NCBI GenBank assembly: GCA_964016885.1
Contig: OZ024741.1
Coordinates: 158,410,001-158,474,000, forward strand
Source: Eledone cirrhosa
Taxonomy: Eukaryota
Length of the DNA stretch: 64,000 bases
Reading direction: 5' to 3'
The position numbers and the translations under genes were made by a program. Shown piece after piece: positions 1 through 14,330 of this stretch. The first letter of the stretch is position 1. Each line of letters starts with the position of its first letter. The notes under the pieces were generated by a model. The model made no database searches, was not told the origin of the DNA, and worked only from the letters and a program-made list of their open reading frames with translations.

Positions 1-552
1 GTGTGTGTATATTCTTCGTCCTCCAAGCATGAAACACTATTGCATCTTCTTGTTTGTTTGTTTCATGTTTCCTTGACTATATATATATATATATAAAATA
101 TAAAAGTAATGAAGATTGCTGATATAAAGTCAATGTTCTCCAGCCATCGTCTAGCTCACTCAATGAATCTACCGAATTGCAGTGATGCAGCTGCAGTCAG
201 CTGTCCAGAGTGCACATATTTAGTTAATAGCAGAAACGGTGGCTGTGTTTTGGTAGAGATAAAAGTAAAAATCTCAACTCCTGGACGATATCATATCTGT
301 GCAACATAACTTCACAAATGCAGATATGACATCCACAATGTTCAGAAAGTCACGTAATATCAGCAGATATTTCCGTAACTGGGCTATTACACGTCATTAG
401 CATATAGCCCAAGTCATAAGATAGATCTATTTAGTGTGTGTTAGCCATTACTATTGGGTAAGGTATCTAGCAGTTCTTGCCATTCTTACACTCTGCCTCT
501 AATGAAAAAGAGGAAGAATCCTATCTTAGACTAATATATCGTAATATATCAT

Positions 553-587
<35 letters not shown>

Positions 588-699
588 TCTCACTGACCCC
601 CCGCCACCACAATAACAATAACGTCTACACTCGCTCCCCACCATCACCACAGTACTCATTACTCTATCTAAGGTGGCTGACCTGTTCCCTGTTCCCTGT

Positions 700-1107
700 T
701 GACATACTGCTGACTCTTTTGATGTATGTATGTGTATATACATATATATATGTGTGTGTATATGTATATCTCAGTGGATGCGACCAGATTTCAACACAGC
801 AACAACTACAACAACAGCAGCAACAACAACGGCAACAACACCATTGTCTGTGTTGAATGTGTGTGTATGTATGTATTTGTATATATGCAACAGCAATAAC
901 AGCATCAACACCATTGTCTGCAGCAACAGCAGCAGTGAAATGAAGAACAACAACAACAGCGACAACAGCAACAACGACAACAACAGCAACAGCAACTACA
1001 ATAACAACTACAGCACCAACAACTGACACCACCATCACTGACCATCCACCACCACCACACTGACACCATCCACCACCACCACCGCCATTACCAGCGTAAA
1101 GCAAACA

Positions 1108-1142
<35 letters not shown>

Positions 1143-1385
1143 CAAGCTGAACTGGACTGGGAAAGGTCAACAGTTGATATGATATTGATTTTGATTTTGA
1201 TGATTTTGATTTTGATTTTGTATCAGTACTGTCGGTAATATATGTATATATATGTGTGTTTGTGAGTGGTGTGTGTGTGGTTGTGGTTTGTATGCATGAG
1301 TGTTGGTGTGTGAGTGTTTGTGTGTGTGGTTGTGGTTTGTATGCATGAGTGTTGGTGTGTGAGTGTTTGTGTGTGCGTCGTGTCA
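700..1385. repeat. Low-complexity/microsatellite block ((CAA)n, (CCA)n, (ATT)n, ~46-bp GT-rich repeat)
   Basis: Direct reading. Confidence 0.85.
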
Positions 1386-1429
1386 ATAAGTTTTTTTTTT
1401 TTAAATGACCATGCTGTAAAATGGAGGGG

Positions 1430-4400
1430 TTGAGAGGGCCCTTGAGTCTAGTAAGACATCCTCTCTAGTGCTGGTGGCACAAATAAAAGCACCCAGTCCA
1501 TGCTGTAAAGTGGCGCTGGTGTTAGGAAGGGCATCCAACCAGTGTATCAATGCCAAAACGCTTATCAGCACAGCAACAAATAGGAACAACAACAAAATAT
1601 GAAGACGTCGCATCTCAGAGTTGCAACACTTAATGTTGGCACTCTCAGAGGTAGATCTGCTGAAATAGCGAAGATGCTGGAGAGAAGGCAGGTGGATGTG
1701 TGCTGCGTGCAAGAGGTGAGATGGAGAGGTGCCTTTGCGAGACTAGTCGTAGGCAAGCGTCTTAGCTATAAGCTATTCTGGGTAGGTAAGGATGATGGGC
1801 TAGGGGGAGTAGGCATTTTCCTGGCTGAGAAATGGATCAATAAGACAATAGAGGTAGTTCGAGTTAGTAATCGAATAATTAAGCTTAGATTAGTTGTAGG
1901 TAAGAGACTACTGACAATCATCTCGGCCTATGCTCCCCAAGCAGGCCTAGGCAAAGATGAGAAAGACTGCTTTTATGAGCAACTTTTGCAAACAACCGCA
2001 ATGACAGAGGACGGAGACATCGTTATGCTAGCAGGAGACTTCAATGGTCATGTTGGACAGCTCCAGGACGGTTACACTGGGGTACATGGTAGGCACAGTT
2101 ACGGTTCAAGAAATGAAGAAGGAGTGAGACTTCTTGAATTTTGTGATGCGGGTACATTGACTATTTGCAACACAAACTTCCAGAAACCTGCCAATCACCT
2201 AATAACCTACAAATCTGGTGAGCACATAAGCCAGATTGACTTCCTACTAGTTAGGCAGTGGGACAGGCAGATAGTGTCTAATACCAAGGCATACCCTGGG
2301 GATGAATGTACCCCACAGCATAGGTTAGTTGTTAGTGATATCTCAGTAAGCAAGAGATGGAATGAGACATATAGGAAGGTGTGGAGAAGAAAGGTCTGGA
2401 AGCTAAAAGACCTTTCACTAAAATATAAATTTAGGAAAGCCCTTCAAAATGTATATGACGAAAAAAAAGACGATTTAGAGACGTATGACATAGATAATAA
2501 CTGGAATTTCTTACGTGACAACTTGCTGCAGGCTACCGATGAAACTTGTAGCTGGAGCAGAGCTCCAACCAGACAGAGAGTGACCAGGTGGTGGAACAGC
2601 ACAGTAGATAAGGCTATTAGAGACAAAAGACTAGCATGGAAGGCTTGGAAAAAGGGTGGGAGTAGGGAAGAATATACAGCCACTAAGAGAGAAGCTAGAC
2701 GTCAGGTGTACTTAGCACGCAGGGAGGCAGAGAGCAGGAGGTTTGCCAATGTTCTGCGACGGGAAGATCAGAGGCGTGCGGTGTTCCACATTGCAAGGCA
2801 GTGTGTCAATGCAAATCAGGATGTTGTTGGAGATAAATGTGTCCGGGATGATGCCGGTGTACTTAGTGTCACGAATGATCAGAAAAAGGAGGCCTGGAAA
2901 TGTCATTATGAGAGACTGATGAATGTGGAGAACGAATGGGAGAGAGAGAAATTACCCTTGGTAGATCCGACAGAGGGACCAGCTATTGAGATTGACGAAT
3001 ATAGGGTCCAACAGGCAATTAGGGAAATGAAAAATGGTAAGGCTGCCGGACCATCGGGAATAGTTGCTGAGATGCTGAAGGCATCAGGGGACGTAGGCAC
3101 TAAACTGGTTGCACGCATCATCAATCAGGCTATATATGGTGGTGTCATACCCAAAGACTGGTGCAGCAGTATTCTCATAAATTGCTACAAGGTTAAAGGG
3201 GATGCTTTGGAGAGGAGCAATTATAGGGTTATAAAACTGATAGATCAGGTTATGAAAGTGGCAGAAAGGATTTTAGCACAACTAATTAGAGAAAGGGTCA
3301 AACTAGATGAGATGCAGTTTGGTTTTGTGCCTGGGAAGAGTACAACAGATGCCCTCTTCTTGGTGAGACAACTGCAAGAGAGGTTCTTAGAGAAGAATAA
3401 GCCACTATACTTAGCCTTTGTTGACCTAGAGAAGGCCTTTGATAGGGTACCCCGATCTGTCATCTGGTGGTCCCTAAGGAAGCTAGGTGTTGAGGAATGG
3501 CTTGTGAGGACAGTGCAAACTTTGTACAGAGGTACTCTCAGTAAAGTCAGGGTAGGAATGGAGTTTAGTGAGGAATTCCAGATACAAGTAGAAGTACATC
3601 AGGGTTCGGTCCTCAGCCCGCTCTTGTTCATTATAGTCCTCCAAGCCATAACAGAGGAGTTTAAGACTGGCTGTCCGTGGGAACTTCTCTATGCTGACGA
3701 TCTGGTTCTTATAGCAGAATCAGTAGAGGAGCTAGAGAATAAATTCTGGCTATGGAAACAGCAGTTGGAAGCAAGAGGACTGAGAGTGAATCTAGCTAAG
3801 ACAAAAGTGTTGATGAGTAGAAAAGAGGACAAACCCTGATTCCGTCAGGGAAATGGCCATGTTCGATATGCAGAAAAGGAAGTGGCATAAATTCTATAAA
3901 ATGCACACAATGCAGATCCTGGGTACACAAGAGATGTAGCGGGATAGCAGGCAAACTAACAGGTAGGGAGAAATATGTATGCAGTAGATGTACAGGGAAA
4001 TTAGACAGTAGAAGTCGCATTGATAGACACATTTTTCAAATGCAGGAGGGTGCTATAGAAGTGGTGGATAGCTTCCGGTACCTAGGAGATCAGATTAGCA
4101 TGGGAGGAGGGTGTTCCGAGGCCATAGTATCTAGAATAAGGACGGGTTGGAAGAAGTTTTGGGAGCTGCTTCCTCTGTTGACGAAGAAGGGTTTCTCCCT
4201 GCGTACGAAAGGCCGGTTGTATGATGCCTGTGTGAGGAGCGCGATGCTGCATGGTAGTGAGACATGGGCAGCAACTGCAGAGGATATGCAACGGCTGGAG
4301 AGAAATGAGGCAAGCATGCTCCGTTGGATGTGCAGTGTAAATGTGCGTGAACGACCCAGCATAAATGTGTTGAGAGAGAAACTGTGTCTGAGAGGGATAG

Positions 4401-4686
4401 AATGTAGTGTACGGGAGAGGAGACTGAGGTGGTATGGACATGTGATGTGCATGGAGGATGACCGATGGGTGAAGAAGTGCCAGGAATTGCCAGTTGAAGG
4501 AAGACGTGGTAGAGGTAGACCACGAAAAACATGGGCGGAGGTGGTGCGAACAGAACTTATATCATTGAAGCTCACGGTGGAGATGACGAGGGACCGTGAC
4601 GAGTGGAGAGATGCTGTGCTGAATAACACCTGTCTCACCCTTGCAAGCAGGGAAAAGCGGACGTAAAATGATGATGATGATGATGA

Positions 4687-4690
<4 letters not shown>
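1430..4690 (+). mobile_element. Near full-length RTE-clade LINE (APE endonuclease + RT + PHD finger) with one frameshift at ~3833 and an (ATG)n tail
   Basis: ORF 1599-3839 has TLNV, QEVR, GDFN, QIDF and YADD motifs; the frame from 3836 is continuous with ORF 4040-4666 (RLRWYGHV...GRPRKTW). Confidence 0.93.
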
Positions 4691-4745
<55 letters not shown>

Positions 4746-4845
4746 CATATATATTAACACATATGAAATGTATGTCTTACTAGTAAGAAAAAAAAAATTG
4801 AGATGAAGGTAAAGAAAGACAGGAAGAAGAGATATGAATACTTAC

Positions 4846-4932
4846 AGCTTCGAAGAAATATTGAGAAAATTTCACTGAATCTAGTGTGGCTGAAGTGACA
4901 ATTAACTTGAGTTCTTTCCGTTTTTTGACAGC
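4846..4932 (-). CDS. DHX8: DHX8 exon 14 (motif III, SAT); gene continues beyond the left edge
   Basis: [29 protein letters not shown]; cag/gtaag. No further helicase exon found in 1-4845. Confidence 0.95.
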
Positions 4933-4993
4933 CTGAGAAGATACAACAATGAATCAGAGAATATTTACTTTTTCATATCTACAATATATCATT

Positions 4994-5027
<34 letters not shown>

Positions 5028-5199
5028 CATACATATACAAAGGGTAGGGAGGCCCTTCAATCATAAATGATCATGGGATTTGTACTTAGAAAGTTCTTCA
5101 CTGAGTCACAAGCTTGCGCAAGGTGTTTTTGTGGAAGATCAGCAGTTTCTCATGCATACCAGTCTCCTTTCTCCATGCCACTGATGTAGTCATCCAAAG

Positions 5200-5890
5200 G
5201 ATTTGAGGTCAGCTCTCACCACCTCTGCCCAGGTCTTTTTTGGTCTACCTCTACCACGGCTTCTTTCCACTGGCATTTCTTCTCCCACCGATCATTGTCC
5301 ATGTTCAACACACATCCATACCAACGCAGTCTTCTCTGCTGCACACCACCTTGGATTCCTCAACTCGTCCAAGCGCTGCCTTTCTTTTACACTTATAGTA
5401 TACATCCAATGGAGCATAATTGCTTCATCTTTCTCCAGTCTATGCATGTCCTCTTCAGTCACAGTCCATGTTTCACTACCATGCAGGATCACTATTCGCA
5501 CAGAGGCATCATACAGTTGTCTTTTTGTACATAGGGAGAAACCTTTTGTGGTCAACAGTGGGAATAGCGCTAAACCTTTTTCATCCTATCCTTATTCTAA
5601 CTATTATGTTCTCAGATCATCCTCCATTGCTAATTACGTCGCCTAAATAGCAGAAGCTATCAACCACTTCTATGGATCCTTCCTGTGACTGGAATAGGTT
5701 TACATCACTGGCTCTCTTCCCTTTGGTTACCCCTGTGAATCTTCTACAAATAAAGTCTTTCCTTCCTGTTAGTCTATTCATTATCCCACTACATCTCTTG
5801 TATACCCAAAATTTACATTGTGTACATTGTATGGAGTTTATGCCTACTTCCTTTCTACATATTGAGCAGGGCTACTTCCCTGAAGGAATC
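5200..5890 (-). mobile_element. Degenerate RTE LINE 3' fragment
   Basis: Antisense homology to 3840-4560 (KGFSLCTK...LHGSETW). Confidence 0.85.
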
Positions 5891-6314
5891 AAATACATAT
5901 GTATATATAAACAAATGCACACATATACATATATTAGGAAACAATGGACCTCTATCGGTTTTGATGATGAGTGTTCCAGTTGTTCAAGCAATGGAATAGG
6001 CTGCTTCTGAAAGTAATATGTAAGTGGCAGAGAATTCCACAGACATCTGTACTCTTAATGTAATTTCCAGAGAAATTTAGCACCTAACAGTGTGTGACAA
6101 TGCAGGCTCTTTAAATTACAGGTACAGTCCATCCAACGTGCTTTTAAAGTTTCCCTCAACCCAATTTCACTCTCATGACTTGGGTTGACCCGAGGAAGAA
6201 TTCAGGAAGGATTTACTAAAATTATAATTTCATTAAGATGGTATTTGTAACATAAAAAAAATGTTCTTATATAAAATTATGATGGAAGGTTTTAATTTAA
6301 GTAGGAGCCCTTTA

Positions 6315-6925
<611 letters not shown>

Positions 6926-7880
6926 TTACAATCACTTCTGCTTAGGAATGAAATGGAATTTATAGCTCATACAGATGTAAGTTTAGCTGGCCTCCTATGA
7001 GGTTGCATCTCATAGGAGGATTCTCTGGTGTTTTAATGATGGGAACCCCAGTCATATCATATGTTGTTACTTCTCAGACATATCTAAGTTTAGCTGGACC
7101 TCTATGAGGTTGTACCTCATAAGAAGTTTCTTGGGTGTTTTAGTGATAGGGACCCTAATCATATTGAGTTGATATTGTTACAGGTTACAGCTATATAAGT
7201 TTAACAAGTCTCCTATGAGATTGCATTTCATAAGTGGTTTTCAAGTATTTTAATGATTGGGGGCTCCAAGTCCTATCATGAAAAGCAACATGAAATGAAG
7301 TATCTTGCTCAAGAACAGATGATGCTCAGTTCAGGAATTGAACCCACAACCTTATGATCATGAGTCTATCACTTTCACACTTCTACAAAATATTACCTAC
7401 CACTGTTTGTTCTTTTGTTTTGTTTTATTTTTATTTTCAGTTTACAGATTTCTTGTGTTAAATTTTACTCTGGTCTTCTAGAAAATATATACCCAGAAAG
7501 CTGTAACAAATACCACAAGGCATTGTGTCCCATGTTCTAACGACCCTACTCAGCTGTCTCATTGCTTTGTTTCTTTCTCTCCAGTGCCTCTCTCTCATTC
7601 CCAGAGTTGGCTTTTTAGGAAAGCAGAATGAAAATGTATTTATTAAGGAGAGATTGGTGTTAGAAAGGGCATCCAACCATAGAAAGCAAGCTAAAAATGG
7701 AATGTAGAAGCAATTCATGGTCACCTGACCAGTCAAACTTCAGTACATGACAACTTGTCTAACCCATGCATGTACAGAAAAATAGGTATGAAATAGTGAT
7801 GCTGAACAGTGTTAATAATGGGGAAATGACAAGAAAATGACCAATGTGATATGAAACAATAGAAAAAAAGCATTACTTAC

Positions 7881-8075
7881 CTCTTGTCCTAATCGACAAC
7901 CAAATTCTTCAGCCACTCTCTTGGCAACTGACATAGCTGCAACACGTCTGGGTTGTGTGCAGCCAATTTTACCACGAATTGTATAGCCTGCTTCGGCTAA
8001 GTATTGAGTGATCTGGGTGGTTTTACCAGAACCAGTTTCACCAATAACAATCAGAATTTGGTTATCATTGACAGC
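7881..8075 (-). CDS. DHX8: DHX8 exon 12 (helicase motifs I, Ia)
   Basis: [31 protein letters not shown]...[27 protein letters not shown]; aag/gtaag. Confidence 0.97.
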
Positions 8076-8539
8076 CTTTTTAGGGAAGAAAAAAAGAGAA
8101 AATATAAATATATAAATTAAAAGATAAACATATATATATATATATCATAATCATCAAAGTCCTTTTAACATGCGCTTTTCCTGCTAGCAAGGGTTGGGTG
8201 GGTTCATACAGACAAGTCAGTAATGAAGCGGAACCACTGATCTCCCACGCCACTTATGTACAGTCTCAAATTCTACCGAGTACACAAGAGAGGTTGTCAT
8301 GCCTTTGACACAACTGTGGGTCCTCCTGACCCTTTGTCTGGCAAGATTTCTATGGCTGGATGCCCTCCCTATCACCAACCACTTTACAGCATGTACTGAG
8401 TGCTAGTGGAAGGGGGGAGGGCATAGGGGTAAGTCAGGTCACATTGTATGCTGTAGATTGGATCTTCTTCAGCATTGCATAGTGTCAGCCCTCATGGCCA
8501 TTAGGCATTTTTGCTGTAAGGTTTAGCTTTTTAATGACC

Positions 8540-8900
8540 AGTCTTCACAATCTCATCCCATAACGTCCTGGGTCTGCCTCTTCCATGGGTTCCAGCCACT
8601 GCGGTTTCTCTGCATTTCTTTATGCAGCTGGTATCTTCCATGCAATTCACATGTCCATACCAGCGCAGTCTTCTCTCTTGCACACTACATCAAATTCCAG
8701 TTTGTTTAAGCTATGTCGCTCATGCACGCTAACATTGCACATCCTTCAGAGCATACTCAACTCATTTCTTTCTAACCTCTACAGATCCTCTGCAGTCAAG
8801 GCCCATGTTTCACCGCTATGTAGCATTGTAGTTCGCACACAGGCATCATACAGTCTACCCTTCACTCTGAGAAAGCATTTTGTTGTCAGCAGTGGTAATA
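8540..8900 (-). mobile_element. Degenerate RTE LINE 3' fragment
   Basis: Antisense to the RTE C-terminal region (GRLYDACVRT...RLRWYGHV). Confidence 0.8.
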
Positions 8901-9019
8901 TTTATATCATCATCAGCTGATATGGATTGAGGAAGCGGTCATGATCCAAGACAAATCTTGCTTGTCATGTTCCATGTTTGGCATTGCAGCTGGATGCCCT
9001 TCCTATGTCAACCACCTTG

Positions 9020-10503
9020 CAGGTGATGCTCTGGAGAGGAACGATTATAGGGGCATAAAGCTGATGGATCAGGTTATGAAAGTGGCAGAGAGAATATTAG
9101 CAGAACTGATTAGAGAAAGGGTCAAATTAGATGAGATGCAGTTTGGTTTTGTGCCTCGGAAAAGTACAACAGATGCCCTCTTCTTAGTGAGACAATTACA
9201 AGAGAGGTTCTTAGAGAAGAATAAGCCACTATACTTAGCTTTTGTTGACCTAGAGAAGGTCTTTGATAGGGTACCCCAATCTGTCATCTGGTGGTCTCTA
9301 AGGAAACTAGGTGTAGAAGAATGGCTTGTGAGGACAGTGCAAGCTATGTACAGAGGGGCTGTCAGTAAAGTGAGAGTAGGAATGGAGTTTAGTGAGGAAT
9401 TCCAGATACAAGTAGGTGTACATCAGGGTTCGGTCCTCAGCCCGCTCTTATTCATTATAGTCCTCCAAGCCATAACAGAGGAGTTTAAGACTGGCTGTCC
9501 ATGGGAACTTCTCTATGATGATGATCTGGTTCTTATAGCAGAATCAGTAGAGGAGCTAGAGAATAAATTCTGGTTATGGAAACAGCAGTTGGAATCAAGA
9601 GGACTGAGAGTGAACATAGCTAAAACAAAAGTGTTGATAAGTAGAAGAGAGGACAATACTCTGATTCCATCAGAGAAATGGCCATGCTCAATATGTAGAA
9701 AAGGAACTGGCATAAATTCCATAAAATGTATGCAATGCAGAACTTGGGTACACAAGAGATGTAGTGGGGTAGCAGGCAAAGTAACAGGTAGGGAAACTAC
9801 GTATGCAGTAGATGTACAGGGAAAGTTGGCAGTAGTAATCGCAGTGATAGACACATTTTTCCAGTGCAGGTGGGTTCTATAGAAATGGTTGATAGCTTCC
9901 AGTACCTAGGTGATCAGATTAGCATGGGAGCGGGGTCTTCCGAGGCCATAGTATCTAGAATAAGGACGGGTTGGAAGAAGTTTAAGGAGCTGCTTCCTCT
10001 GTTGACAAAGAAGGGTTTCTCCCTACGTACGAAAGGACGGTTATATGATGCCTGTGTGAGATGCGCAATGCTGCATGGTTGTGAGACATGGGCAGCAACT
10101 TCAGAGGATATGTGACGGCTGGAGAGAAAAGAAGCAAGCATGCTCCATTGGATGTGCAATGTCAATGTGCGTGAACGACCAAGCATAGATGAGTTCAGAA
10201 AGAAACTGTGTATAAGAGGGATAAGTTGTGGTGTGCAGGAGAGAACACTGAGATGGTATGGACATGTGATGCGCATGGAAGATGACCGCTGGGTAAAGAA
10301 GGGCCAAGAAATCCCAGTAGAAAGAAGACACAGTAGAGGAAGACCACGAAAAGCATGGGCGGAGGTGGTGAGAGCAGACCTCGGATTGCTGAAACTCACG
10401 GAGGAGATGACGAAGGACCGTGACAAGTGGAGAGATGCTGTGCTGAATAGGACCCATCCCACCCTTGCAGGCAGGGAAAAACGGACGTAAAATGATGATG
10501 ATA
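9020..10503 (+). mobile_element. 5'-truncated RTE LINE, same family as 1430-4690
   Basis: RT motifs (FVDLEK, YDDD), PHD remnant, stops and frameshifts, ggacgtaaaatgatgatg end. Confidence 0.93.
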
Positions 10504-11182
10504 TATATACATATATCATCATTTAATGTCCATTTTCCATGATGTCATGGGTTGGATGGGTCATGACAGACCAAGTCAATATCTAGTTTGAGTTATTATG
10601 CTCTCACTGACAAGCCAGTGGTCTACTTCTCCATTTTGGCTTAGCTTCTACAGCTAGATGCCCTTTCTAACACAAACCACTTTACAAAGTGTAGTGCATG
10701 CATTTTATCATGGCACCACCAGCAAAGGGGTTATTGTGTTCTTGACACAAGAGAGCTCTCAACCCTATATACATATGTGTCATAAAGTCGACCCTGTAAA
10801 GTGGTCATACTTGTGCCACAAAACTCCCAGTACATGGTGTAACATAGTTGGCATTAGGAAGGGAATCCAGCAGTAGAAAACCAAGCCCCAAAACAGATAA
10901 TACAAGCAAGATGTACTTATCTGACATGTCTAGCCTTATAATAGTACATCTAATTCATACAAGCATGGAAAATAGATGTTAGACAGTGATAATGATGACA
11001 CATACTTGAAATCATATTATCAAATATTGTGATGAAATCTAAGGAATTTTGAATACGATCCACATCACCTCTTTTACATTTACTCTTCCATACTTCTATA
11101 TTATAGAAAACACAATAAAAAATATAAAAAGAGAGAGGGAGATGTCTTTCTATAATTTGATTAAAGTCAACAATTATCTTAC

Positions 11183-11364
11183 CTTCGTTAGTTCATCTTT
11201 CAGTTTATAAATAGGTAAACTCTGACGTTGTTCCAATATGGATTTTTTCTCTTTTTTACCATACGAAGCTTTGGATCCTCCGGTAATATGTTTCTTCCAT
11301 TCAGGTATATCATTCGGCATCATGCCCACACCACGCATATTCGCAGCCAATTTACGTCCTTCAA
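11183..11364 (-). CDS. DHX8: DHX8 exon 11
   Basis: (V)[60 protein letters not shown]; cag/gtaag. Confidence 0.95.
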
Positions 11365-11442
11365 CTGGGAAAAATTAATGTAATTAAAATTAGAATTTAC
11401 ATCTTTCAACTGGAAACAAAAATATACATAAAAGTAGTTTAA

Positions 11443-11630
11443 CCCTTTAGCATTTACATTACTCTATATTTACAATTATATCTCACATAATATTGAATCT
11501 ATGAAATATTGATATTATTTATTTTGAGAACAATACCTTAACATCAGTATGAGTGGGTGATTATGGCCGGTTTGAACAGAAAAAGGTGAGAGAATTCTGG
11601 CCGGATACAGCCGGTTTAAATGCTGAAGGG
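11443..11630. mobile_element. piggyBac-like MITE
   Basis: TTAA|CCCTTTAGCATTTA ... TAAATGCTGAAGGG|TTAA: terminal inverted repeats plus TTAA target duplication. Confidence 0.75.
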
Positions 11631-12667
11631 TTAAAAAAACAAACTAACTAAAATGTGTTTAACTGGTTACATTTCATGAAGGTTTTGTTAACTATTCCCA
11701 TTTTTCTTCAAATAAACTGTGGCATGTGGAATAAAGTGTCTTGCCCCAACAAAACACACTGAAACACCTACAGTGGAATTCAAGTGTTTATCCATGAATT
11801 GTTACTCCTATGTATTATTCTGTTCAGTCTCTACAAATACTGATCTAACAATGAGGTTGTTGTTGTTCAGACCCTGTACGGCAGCCATTTTTGGTGCTAC
11901 AAAAAATGCTTCCAGTCCACACTGTAATTTAGTAGTGGTGGTGCCATGAAAAATGCTTCCAGTTCACCTTGCAAGTTGGTAGTGCTGGTGGCATGAAAAA
12001 TCTTCCAGTCCACCTTGTAAGTTGGTAGTACTGGTATCATGGAAAACACTCCCAGTACATGTTGTAAAGTTGGTGTTATGAAAAACATCCAGTTATAGAA
12101 AACCAAGCCAAAAATGGAATATATGAGCAAGAGGTGGTCACCTGACTGGACTGGCCTCACAATGTTACAACCCATCTAATCTATGCAAGTATGATGATAA
12201 TGATGATTAATTACAATTAGAATTAAAACAAAAATAAAAATTAAATATGAAACTTTTAGATGTTTCTAAGGACATTGGTTGATATATTTGTTAGAGTTCT
12301 CGTTTTATGTTCATTATTCCATACTTGCACAGATTGGATGAAGCCTGGAGCATATCCCGGTTTCAAGGGTGTTAAGTACAAGACTGTAAGCTGTGGGGGT
12401 ATGTTGTTTATGTGGGAGCTAAACAAATCACACTAGTTGTTGAAGTGGGGTCAAAGTGAAGACATATGCAGAGACAGGCATACACACATGAGAGGGGGGG
12501 GGGGGGGGAGAATGAGTGAGGAGATAGACAGAAAAGAGCAGTGAGAAAAGACTAAGAGAAAAAGAAGGTGGAGTGGGAGGTGACAGAGAGGGAGAGAGAG
12601 AGAGATGGGGAGGGTGAGCAGGAGAGAGAGAATAATATATTGCAATAATTTTAGAATAAGTAAAAAC

Positions 12668-12815
12668 CTTCAGGCATTGGATCAATCCAGTGGTTATTTA
12701 ATCCAGAAGGAATGTTATCCATCTCAGCCTCCCTTTGAGCTTGCTTTAACTCTCTTCGCTCCTTTTGTAGAGCAGTCTGCATCATTGCTGATTGAGATAA
12801 TGAGCCGTCGGGATT
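12668..12815 (-). CDS. DHX8: DHX8 exon 10
   Basis: [49 protein letters not shown]; cag/gtttt (weak donor). Confidence 0.92.
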
Positions 12816-13334
12816 CTGGAAGAATAATAATAACAATGATAATGATTTCTTTATTAGCTACACAGTGTTCACATTAAGAAAACTTTAAAGATCGCTCAGG
12901 ACAGGGCTTCTTTTGTGTAAGATCTCCCTATGGAAGAAAGAATACATGTTTTCCTACAGATAAAAACCAATGGTGAAATAACAACAATTATAAAAACATG
13001 CTAACTTAGCCATTATAGAATTAACACAAACACAAATCACAAGGCTAGATAACAATATATGCAAATAATGGAAAGTTGTAGAGTGCAACAGAGAAGACTG
13101 CATGATTTATAATTTAAATAGGAACTCTTTAACTTTTAACATTTTACAATGATTTAGTAGAAATATCAGGGTGTGTTAATTCAAATGCTCACAGTATCTT
13201 TACTAGTCATTCAATTGTTCTAAAAATGTGCAGTATTAGAGTAAAAACTTCAATCTTTAATGTGATGCGGTCATAGTGGTGTTTTGTACTTTACAAATAT
13301 GTCTTGCTAAGGTGGTTTCATGTGGTACATGGTA

Positions 13335-14132
13335 TTAAGAGTTAATGCTAGCTGCAAAAGGCTTCTCCCTCAAAATGAAAGGCAGATTGTATGATGCGTG
13401 TATCCGAACAGCGATGTTGCATGGTAGTGAGACCTGGGCGCTGAAGGTGGAAGACTTATGTAGATTAAAGAGAAACAAAGCCTGCATGCTCCGATGGATG
13501 TGTAACAGTAATATACGTGAACGACAAAGCATAAATGAATTGAGAGAGAGACTCAGCATAAGAGGAATCAAATGCTGTGTGCAGGAGAGGCGGTTGCGCT
13601 GGTATGGACATGTGATGCATATGAAGGATGACAGCTGCATAAAAAGGTGCAGAGCACTAGAAGTCGATGGAAACCGCGGAGTGGGGAGACCCAAGATGAC
13701 CTGGGATGAGGTGATAAAAGCCGACCTTACCCAATTACACCTCTCAAAGGCGATGACACACGACCGTGACCTCTGGCGTCACACAGTAATACAGAGTACC
13801 CGACCTCCCATGGGTACAAGCTGAAGCATATAGACAATATGCCCCCACACACCCCACCGCAAGGTGGTCATGGAGGCGCCACGGCAAAAAAGCACCCAGC
13901 CCACACTGTAAAGTGGACGTGTAGGCGCCACGAAAAAGCACCCAACACTCACTGTAAATGAGGTTGGTGTTAGGAAGGGCATCCAGCTGTAGAAATCAAG
14001 CCAAATCAATTCCTGTATGAGCAAGGCATGGTCAGCCGACCGGACACTGCCCACAACAGGACAACCTGTCTAACCCATGCTAGCGTGGAAGAACGGACGT
14101 AAAACGGTGATGATGATGATGATGATGATGAT
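13335..14132 (+). mobile_element. RTE 3' fragment followed by a non-autonomous RTE-tailed repeat
   Basis: ORF 13345-13824 is an RTE C-terminus; aggaagggcatcc motif, then aacccatgctagcgtggaa...(GAT)n. Confidence 0.85.
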
Positions 14133-14229
14133 GAAAATGGGTGGTTTTGTTTCATAGAACCAGAGGCAGTCTGGGGTCGTGCTGGCCTCAAAAGGAATAA
14201 ACTAAATAGTATTCTGTATGAATGTTTAC

Positions 14230-14330
14230 CTTGACAATCTTCACAGGACTTAAGTCAAGTCCTCCTTGTCGCCCATGGCCCTGTAAAAATGGTGGTTCCT
14301 CTTCTACAAGTTCTATTTCTATATCTTCAT
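14230..14330 (-). CDS. DHX8: DHX8 exon 9
   Basis: (D)[33 protein letters not shown]; tag/gtaaa. Confidence 0.95.

Noticed and set aside
664-1386. 240-aa and overlapping ORFs
   Set aside because: Translations of microsatellite and low-complexity DNA with no splice or homology support
1-1400. Next DHX8 exon (expected PIFTIPGR...)
   Set aside because: No matching reading frame found; presumably outside the window
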